Positions 56,220-64,000 of a DNA stretch of 64,000 bases are shown here, piece by piece. The DNA is from Myxococcota bacterium (lineage in GTDB: Bacteria > Myxococcota_A > UBA9160 > JAFDDA01), in NCBI GenBank assembly GCA_965228475.1, contig OZ245817.1:4896001-4960000 (forward strand), given 5' to 3'. The position numbers and the translations under genes are program-made. Under the pieces are notes generated by a model. It searched no databases. It saw only the letters and a program-made list of their open reading frames with translations, and was not told where the DNA came from. Each line of letters opens with the position of its first letter. Within the stretch, counting starts at the first letter, position 1.

Positions 56220-59186
56220 ATGCGTCATCTCGGGTCAGCGAACTGTCAACGTGCGAGCCGGAGCCGCCGCCGCGTTCGCTCCGCCCTTTCCTGGTGCGCC
56301 GCGTCGATCGCTGCGAGCGCCGTGCTGCTTTCCGGCGCAGGCGATTCTCGAGCGCAGGCCGCTCCCGGCGGACCCACGCTCTACGGGGACGCCCACGCCG
56401 GCGCACATCCTGGACCCCATCCGCACGACGCGTTGAAGCGCTCCGAGCATCATGCGCTCATGGATCTGGTGGCTTCCGAAAAAGCCACCGCGGTGGCAAG
56501 CCGTAGCGGCGCATGGACCGATGAAGCGACGTGGAAGCAGGGCCGCGTTCCGAGCCACGATGCGAGGGTCTGGATTCCGGCCGGACACGAGGTCACGCTC
56601 GCCGAGCAGGTCGACGATCGTTCCTTCGACTGGATCCGCATCGATGGAGCGCTGAAGTTCCTTCCCGACCGCGACACGCGGCTGCGGGTCGGCACGCTGG
56701 TGGTCGGTGAGCCGGGGCGGCTCGAGATGGGCACACCGGAACGCCCCATCCGCGAGGACCGCAGCGCCGAGCTGATCTTCGCGGACCGTGGGCCTCGCGA
56801 TCGCGGCGAGGACCCGAAAGACATCGGACGTGGCCTCGTCTGCCACGGCGCGCTCGCGGTCCACGGGAGCCCGAGATCCGCCCATGCGATCGCAGAACAC
56901 GCGCTCGTTGCCGGGCTTTCGCGGCTGTCCTTTGCCGAGCCGCCGGCGCACTGGCGCCCGGGCGATCGACTCGTGTTTCCCGGAAGCGATCTCCAGGCCG
57001 ACCGCGACGAGCTGCGCGAGATCACGGCGGTCTCGAGCGACGGGCGCACGATCGAGCTGGATCGACCGCTCGAGGCGGACCATCCGGCACCGGCGGGGAG
57101 CCACGTGCCGGTGGGCAATCTGACGCGGAACGTCGTCTTCCGCTCGGAGAACGCGGCCGAGCTGGATCGGCGCGGCCATTTCATGGTGATGCACACGCAT
57201 CACCCGGTCACGATCGACGGCGCTGCCTTCATCGACCTCGGACGCACCGACACCCGGCGCGCCCACACGATCCCCGACGTCGATCACGAGGGTCGAGTCG
57301 TGCCCGGCTCCGATGCGAACACCCAGGGCCGCTACGCACTCCACTTCCACATGCGATCCGGCGCGAGCCGCGACCGGCCGCCGCACGTCGTCCGCAACAG
57401 CGCGATCGTCGGGAGCCCCAAGCACGGACTCGTGAACCACGGGGGCTACGTCGTCGCCGACGGCAACGTCGGCTACGCGATCGACGGAAGCCACTTCTTC
57501 TCGGAGAACGGCACGGAGATCGGCCGCTTCGCGAACAACCTCGCCGTGCGCTCGCTGGGCTCGGGCGACACCATCAGCAGCCGCGAGGGCACGCACGACT
57601 TCGGCCACCAGGGCCACGGCTTCTGGGCCCAGAGCGCCGGCGTCACCATGGAGGGCAACTTCGCCTTCGGCCACGCCGACGCTGCCTTCGCCATCTTCAC
57701 CCGCACGATCGAAGAGGCCGGCCGTTGGGTGCGGTTCCCGCGTGAGCTGGTGGAGGACCCCGCCGTTCATGCTGGACGCGATCACTTCAACCCCGGCGAC
57801 CTGCCCTTCCGGTTCGTCGGCAACGTGGGCGCTGCTTCGAACAGCGGTCTCGAGGTCTGGTACAACAAGGTCTACGCGCCCCACGACGTCTACAGCGAGG
57901 TGGAGGACTCGACCTTCTGGGCGCTTCGCGAGCACGGCCTCTTCGTTCCCTACGCGCGAAAGCTCGTCCTCCGCAACGTGCGCGTGCTCGGAGACGTCGC
58001 GAGCCCGGTCGGAATCGGCATCCGGGTGAACGACATGACCGACACGCTCCGGATCGAAGGGGTTCGCATCGAGGGCTTCCACGTCGGCATCGAGGCACCG
58101 CCGCGCGGCGACAACCGCATCGCCGACTCGGATCTCAACAACACGATCGACGTATGGGTGGCGAGCCCGAACCGGAACGGCCGGCGGCTCGAGCTCGTGG
58201 ACAACCGCCACGGCGTCCTCGCTCCGGACGCCCTTTCGCGCAGCCGGCACGCGTCGGCCGGTTCGCGTCTCGAGCGGGGACTTCGTGCGGTCGGACTCCT
58301 GCCCGTGCCGGAGCAGGCGCGGGTGTGGATCGCGGCGCCGCGCATTCCGCTCAACGGCGACGTCTCGGTCCTGTTCTCTCCGGACACCGTGATCGAGACG
58401 CGCGGGGACGAGACCCAGCAGATCTACTCGCTCGCCCAGCAAGGCGATGCCTTGCCCTTCCGGGAAACCGGTCACCCGGGCTTCGACTGCCGGACGGTGG
58501 CCGAGATCCATGAGGAGTTCGGCCTGGCCGTCGGCGGCGCGCTGGCCCCGGAAACCGCGCAGCGGGTGGCCGGCGTCCATGGCCTGGTCGGGCCGGTCGG
58601 CGGTGGAACGACGGCCGAGCCGCGGAGCCCGAGGACGACGCCGGGGCCCTACGGAGCCACGTTCAGCGTCCTCGCGCCCGAACCCGGGCGCGAGGAGTGG
58701 CTCATCCAGCCGGCCGCGGGGCCCGAAGCACGGCAGGTCGTGATGGCGTTTCACGACAGCGTGCCCCCGGTCTTCCATCCGAACGACACCATGCGATTCG
58801 AAATCCATCCGGATGACGTGAAGCACGGCTACCGCGTGGATGGCCTGCTGCACGATCAGGTGGGCGCCATGACCGCCAAGACCGCGTTCTCACACGATTT
58901 CCGGAACCTCCACGCCGACAGCGACGGGTTCGTACGGATTCCGATCGTGTTCGAGGACGACGCCGGGAATCAGGGGCGGCAGACGATCGAGATCCGGGTC
59001 ACGGAGACGGCGCAGAGGCGCGGGGCGAACACGACCTATTTCTTGCAGCAGGAGCACTGCCCGGGCTGCGGTGAACCGAGCATGGCCGAGCGGCTGCGCT
59101 CGCTGACCGACCGGGTCCGGTCGTGGTGGCCGCAATCCGACACCTGCACCGAGCTGCGAGCGTCGGGTCCGGTCGCGACGAGCTAG
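56220..59186 (+). CDS. Large secreted G8-domain/beta-helix protein
   Basis: SGAWTDEATW...VWIPAG...IRIDGALKF G8 pattern; GNLTRNVVF, GRYALHFH. Confidence 0.8.
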   Translation: MRHLGSANCQRASRSRRRVRSALSWCAASIAASAVLLSGAGDSRAQAAPGGPTLYGDAHAGAHPGPHPHDALKRSEHHALMDLVASEKATAVASRSGAWTDEATWKQGRVPSHDARVWIPAGHEVTLAEQVDDRSFDWIRIDGALKFLPDRDTRLRVGTLVVGEPGRLEMGTPERPIREDRSAELIFADRGPRDRGEDPKDIGRGLVCHGALAVHGSPRSAHAIAEHALVAGLSRLSFAEPPAHWRPGDRLVFPGSDLQADRDELREITAVSSDGRTIELDRPLEADHPAPAGSHVPVGNLTRNVVFRSENAAELDRRGHFMVMHTHHPVTIDGAAFIDLGRTDTRRAHTIPDVDHEGRVVPGSDANTQGRYALHFHMRSGASRDRPPHVVRNSAIVGSPKHGLVNHGGYVVADGNVGYAIDGSHFFSENGTEIGRFANNLAVRSLGSGDTISSREGTHDFGHQGHGFWAQSAGVTMEGNFAFGHADAAFAIFTRTIEEAGRWVRFPRELVEDPAVHAGRDHFNPGDLPFRFVGNVGAASNSGLEVWYNKVYAPHDVYSEVEDSTFWALREHGLFVPYARKLVLRNVRVLGDVASPVGIGIRVNDMTDTLRIEGVRIEGFHVGIEAPPRGDNRIADSDLNNTIDVWVASPNRNGRRLELVDNRHGVLAPDALSRSRHASAGSRLERGLRAVGLLPVPEQARVWIAAPRIPLNGDVSVLFSPDTVIETRGDETQQIYSLAQQGDALPFRETGHPGFDCRTVAEIHEEFGLAVGGALAPETAQRVAGVHGLVGPVGGGTTAEPRSPRTTPGPYGATFSVLAPEPGREEWLIQPAAGPEARQVVMAFHDSVPPVFHPNDTMRFEIHPDDVKHGYRVDGLLHDQVGAMTAKTAFSHDFRNLHADSDGFVRIPIVFEDDAGNQGRQTIEIRVTETAQRRGANTTYFLQQEHCPGCGEPSMAERLRSLTDRVRSWWPQSDTCTELRASGPVATS

Positions 59187-59194
59187 CCCAGGGC

Positions 59195-60559
<1,365 letters not shown>

Positions 60560-60632
60560 CGCGCCGGGAGGTTACCTGGCGGCGGCGGGTCGAGGTACCC
60601 TCCGCCGCCCCATCCATCCGAGGAGACCGACC

Positions 60633-61115
60633 GTGTCCGACCGTCCGTTCCGCATCCTGGGCCTGCAGCAGATCGCCGTCGGAGGCCTCGACAAGGGGCC
60701 CCTCCGCAAGCTCTGGATCGAGACCCTGGGTCTCGAATCCCACGGGAGCTACCGCGGCGAGAAGGAGAACGTCGACGAGGACATCGCCGTCTGCGGCGCC
60801 GGGGCCTTCCAGGTGGAGGTCGATCTGATGCAGCCGATCGATCCGGAGAAGCGGCCGAAGGTCCAGGACCCGGCGCTGAACCACGTCGGCCTGTGGGTGG
60901 ACGATCTCGCCACGGCCGTCGAGTGGCTGGCCGGCCAGGGCATGCGCTTCACCCCGGGCGGCATCCGCAAGGGCGCCGCGGGCCACGACGTGACCTTCAT
61001 CCACCCGAAGGGGAACGAGGAGTTCCCGCTCTGCGGCGAGGGCGTGCTGATCGAGCTGGTCCAGGCGCCGGCCGAGGTCATCGCCGCCCACGACCGCGAA
61101 GCCGCCGCGAGCTAG
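60633..61115 (+). CDS. VOC-family protein (methylmalonyl-CoA epimerase/glyoxalase-like)
   Basis: [23 protein letters not shown]. Confidence 0.85.
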   Translation: MSDRPFRILGLQQIAVGGLDKGPLRKLWIETLGLESHGSYRGEKENVDEDIAVCGAGAFQVEVDLMQPIDPEKRPKVQDPALNHVGLWVDDLATAVEWLAGQGMRFTPGGIRKGAAGHDVTFIHPKGNEEFPLCGEGVLIELVQAPAEVIAAHDREAAAS

Positions 61116-61118
61116 GCC

Positions 61119-61763
61119 GTGGCGCGCACCGTCGGGATCCTGCTCTTTCCGGACGCGGAGGAGCTCGATTGGGCCGGGCCCTACGAGGTCTTCGGCATGG
61201 CGGCGGACCTCGCCGCCGACCGCGATTCCCAGCCCGGGCCGATCGCCGACGAGACCCGCGCCGGGGACGATCTCCGCCTCGTCACGATCGCCCAGACCAA
61301 GGACCCCGTGCGCTGCCGCAAGGCCCTGCGCGTGCTGCCGGACCATTCCTTCGCCGACGCCCCGAAGCTCGACGTCGTGCTGGTCCCCGGCGGCCAGGGC
61401 ACGCGCACCGAGGTGAACAACCCCGTTCTGATCGAGTGGCTCCGCACGGTGGGCGCCGGCTGCGAATGGGTGACGAGCGTCTGCACTGGTGCCCTGCTCC
61501 TCCACGAGGCCGGCTTCGCCCGGGGCAAGCGCGTCACCACCCACTGGGCCTTCGTCGAGCAGCTCGCGGCCCGGGGCGACGTCGAGGTGCTGAAGCGGCG
61601 GCGCTACGTGCGCGACGGAAACCTCGTCACCGCGGCCGGCGTTTCGGCAGGAACGGACATGGCGCTCTGGCTCCTCGGCCAGCTCTACACGCCGGACTTC
61701 GCCCGCATGGTGCAACGCGCCATGGAGTACGACCCCGCGCCCCCTTACACTGCAGAGACCTGA
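61119..61763 (+). CDS. DJ-1/PfpI family protein
   Basis: LVPGGQG, SVCTGALLL, TTHW, AAGVSAG. Confidence 0.92.
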   Translation: MARTVGILLFPDAEELDWAGPYEVFGMAADLAADRDSQPGPIADETRAGDDLRLVTIAQTKDPVRCRKALRVLPDHSFADAPKLDVVLVPGGQGTRTEVNNPVLIEWLRTVGAGCEWVTSVCTGALLLHEAGFARGKRVTTHWAFVEQLAARGDVEVLKRRRYVRDGNLVTAAGVSAGTDMALWLLGQLYTPDFARMVQRAMEYDPAPPYTAET

Positions 61764-61780
61764 ATCACCGAGGAGAGTCC

Positions 61781-62908
61781 GTGGCCAACCCCCTGGTCGA
61801 CGTGCAGCAGCACGGGCAGAGCATCTGGTACGACAACATCAGCCGCGGGCTCGTGACCTCGGGTGAGCTCGCGCGCATGGTCGCCGAAGACGGGCTGCTC
61901 GGCGTGACGTCGAACCCGGCGATCTTCGAGAAGGCGATGGCGGGGAGCGAAGACTACCTGCCCGCGACGCGCGCGCTGATCGCGAGCGGCATCGAAGACG
62001 CGACGGAGATCTTCGAGCGGCTCGCCGTCGAAGACATCCAGCTCGCCGCCGACGTGCTCGCCCCCGCCTACGAGCGCACCGGAAAGCGCGACGGCTACGT
62101 GAGCCTCGAGGTCTCGCCGCACCTCGCGAACGATACGGAGGGGACGCTCGCGGACGCACGGCGCCTGTGGGCCGCGGTCGGGCGGCCGAACCTGATGATC
62201 AAGGTCCCGGCCACGCCGGCCGGAGTTCCGGCGATCGAAGCGCTCATCGCCGAGGGCGTGAACGTGAACGTCACCCTGCTCTTCGCCGTCGACGCCTACG
62301 CGGACGTGGCGGAGGCCTACCTGCGCGGGCTCGAGCGGCGCGCGGAAGCGGGCGGCGCGCTCGATCACGTGGCGAGCGTGGCGAGCTTCTTCGTCTCGCG
62401 CATCGACAGCCTGCTCGACGGCCAGATCGCCGAGAGCGGGAAGCCCGAGATCGCGGATCTCTCCGGCCGCATCGCCATCGCCAACGCGCGGCTCGCCTAC
62501 GCCCACTACAACGGGGTCATCGCGAGCGAGCGCTGGCAGGCCCTGGCCGCGAAGGGCGCCCAGGTGCAGCGCGTGCTCTGGGCGAGCACGAGCACGAAGA
62601 ACCCGGACTACCCGACCACGCTCTACGTCGACGAGCTCGTCGGGCCGGACACCGTGAACACGCTCCCCGGTGAGACCTTCGAGGCCTTCGCCAAGGAGGG
62701 CACCGCGGCGAACGTGCTCGGCAGCGGCTTCGATGCCCAGCTCGCGGAAGCGCGCGGGCAGATCGCGCGGCTCGAAGCGGCGGGCATCTCCCTCGAAGGC
62801 GCCACGACCCATCTCCTCGAAGAGGGCGTGCGCAAGTTCGTCGAGCCCTTCGATTCGCTGCTCGCCACGATCGAGCGGCGCAAGCAGGAGATCCTGGCCT
62901 CCTCATGA
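61781..62908 (+). CDS. tal: Transaldolase
   Basis: GVTSNPAIF, MIKVPAT, ASFFVSRID, WASTSTKNP. Confidence 0.95.
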   Translation: MANPLVDVQQHGQSIWYDNISRGLVTSGELARMVAEDGLLGVTSNPAIFEKAMAGSEDYLPATRALIASGIEDATEIFERLAVEDIQLAADVLAPAYERTGKRDGYVSLEVSPHLANDTEGTLADARRLWAAVGRPNLMIKVPATPAGVPAIEALIAEGVNVNVTLLFAVDAYADVAEAYLRGLERRAEAGGALDHVASVASFFVSRIDSLLDGQIAESGKPEIADLSGRIAIANARLAYAHYNGVIASERWQALAAKGAQVQRVLWASTSTKNPDYPTTLYVDELVGPDTVNTLPGETFEAFAKEGTAANVLGSGFDAQLAEARGQIARLEAAGISLEGATTHLLEEGVRKFVEPFDSLLATIERRKQEILASS

Positions 62909-63567
62909 GCGCGGCGGAGAAGGCGCTCGAGTTCGTCGAAGACGGGAACGTGGTCGGTCTCGGGACGGGCCGCGCCGCCGCCGCCTTCGTGCGCGCCCTC
63001 GCCATCCGCATGAAGGAAGGGGGGCTCTCGGTGCGCGGCGTTCCGACGTCGCACGCCACCGAGGAGCTCGCGAAGGAGCTCGGCATTCCGCTCGTGGCCA
63101 TGGAGGAGGTCGAGGAGATCGACGTGACCTTCGACGGCGCCGACGAGGTCGACCCGGCCCTCGACGTCATCAAGGGCTACGGCGGCGCGCTCGTGCGCGA
63201 GAAGATCGTCGCCGCCGCCTCGCGCAAGCTCGTGATCCTGGTCGGCCACGAGAAGCTCGTCTCGCGCCTCGGCCAGCGCGGGAAGCTCCCGGTCGAGATC
63301 GTGCCCTTCGCCGCGGCCTTCTGCCGCCGCCGCTTCAAGACCCTCGGCTTCGAGGCCGCGCTTCGCCCGGACGATTCCGGCCAGCCGCTCGTGAGCGACA
63401 ACGGCAACTGGATCCTCGACTGCGAGGTCGAGCGCATCCCGAACCCCGCCCAGCTCGATGCGGCGCTGCTCGGCATCCCCGGCGTGATCGGGACGGGCCT
63501 GTTCGCCGACATGGCTGACGCCGTCATCGTCCAGGACGGCGACCGCATCGAGGTACGCGAGCGCTAG
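62905..63567 (+). CDS. rpiA: Ribose-5-phosphate isomerase A
   Basis: GLGTG, DGADEVD, KGYGGAL.REK, DNGN. Confidence 0.96.
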   Translation: MSAAEKALEFVEDGNVVGLGTGRAAAAFVRALAIRMKEGGLSVRGVPTSHATEELAKELGIPLVAMEEVEEIDVTFDGADEVDPALDVIKGYGGALVREKIVAAASRKLVILVGHEKLVSRLGQRGKLPVEIVPFAAAFCRRRFKTLGFEAALRPDDSGQPLVSDNGNWILDCEVERIPNPAQLDAALLGIPGVIGTGLFADMADAVIVQDGDRIEVRER

Positions 63568-63634
63568 GGCGGCCCGCCCCGCATCGTCCCGCCCAGCTGC
63601 CCAGCTGCCGGGCCTCCCGTGATAGGCTCGGACC

Positions 63635-64000
63635 ATGTTCGAAGGCATCCGATTCCTCGCGCGGGCGCTTCCGCACCTGCCGCGTTTCGCGAGCTACAAG
63701 CCGACGGGGAAGGACTGCGTCCCCCAGCTCCTCGAGGAGCGGGCCGAGGAGTTCGGCGACCGGCCCTTCCTCCATTTCGGCGAGCGGACGGTCTCGTACC
63801 GTGAGCACAACGCGGCGGCCAACCGGGTCGCCCACTGGGCCCACGAGCAGGGGCTTCGCCGCGGCGATTCCGTCGCGCTGCTCATGGAGAACCGGCCCGA
63901 GTATCTCGCCACGTGGATGGGGCTCTCGAAGCTCGGTGTGGTGACGGCGCTGATCAACACGAACCTCACCGGGAAGACGCTCCGCCACGCGCTCGCGACC
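63635..64000 (+). CDS. Long-chain acyl-CoA synthetase (FATP-like), 5' part
   Basis: Manual translation: ...ANRVAHW...GDSVALLMENRPEYL...GLSKLGVVTALINTNL; runs off the window. Confidence 0.85.
   Translation, partial: MFEGIRFLARALPHLPRFASYKPTGKDCVPQLLEERAEEFGDRPFLHFGERTVSYREHNAAANRVAHWAHEQGLRRGDSVALLMENRPEYLATWMGLSKLGVVTALINTNLTGKTLRHALAT

Overview
High-GC bacterial chromosome window. Gene order and protein sequences suggest a Myxococcota/deltaproteobacterial lineage (inference). It starts in the usual origin-proximal cluster (yidC-yidD-rnpA-rpmH / dnaN-gyrB-gyrA), but dnaA and recF are absent and two paralogous secreted proteins occupy the recF slot. It continues with hemL, the F0 half of a split ATP synthase operon, tmk, uvrA, surA, mfd, lemA, lipid/steroid-type catabolic genes, glycosyltransferases, an orphan rplC-rlmE pair, rimO, tal and rpiA. 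The main highlight is a 3.6-kb IS1595-family element (24017-27623, terminal inverted repeats plus 8-bp target duplication). It carries (i) a tRNA with a complete serine-identity body but a leucine CAA anticodon, predicted to put Ser at UUG codons; (ii) directly upstream, a terminator-ended small RNA whose two hairpin loops are complementary to that tRNA's D-loop and variable loop; (iii) a co-transcribed ribbon-helix-helix regulator; and (iv) a DUF433/PIN toxin-antitoxin pair. Together these suggest an RNA toxin/RNA antitoxin module built on a mistranslating tRNA. Other notable items: an AhpD-like CxxU selenoprotein split in two by the ORF track, a sigma-54-driven candidate sRNA, a complete sigma-54/IHF/enhancer circuit, rlmE with no canonical start and in frame with rplC, and a 23-bp duplication that creates a translational-coupling mini-ORF.
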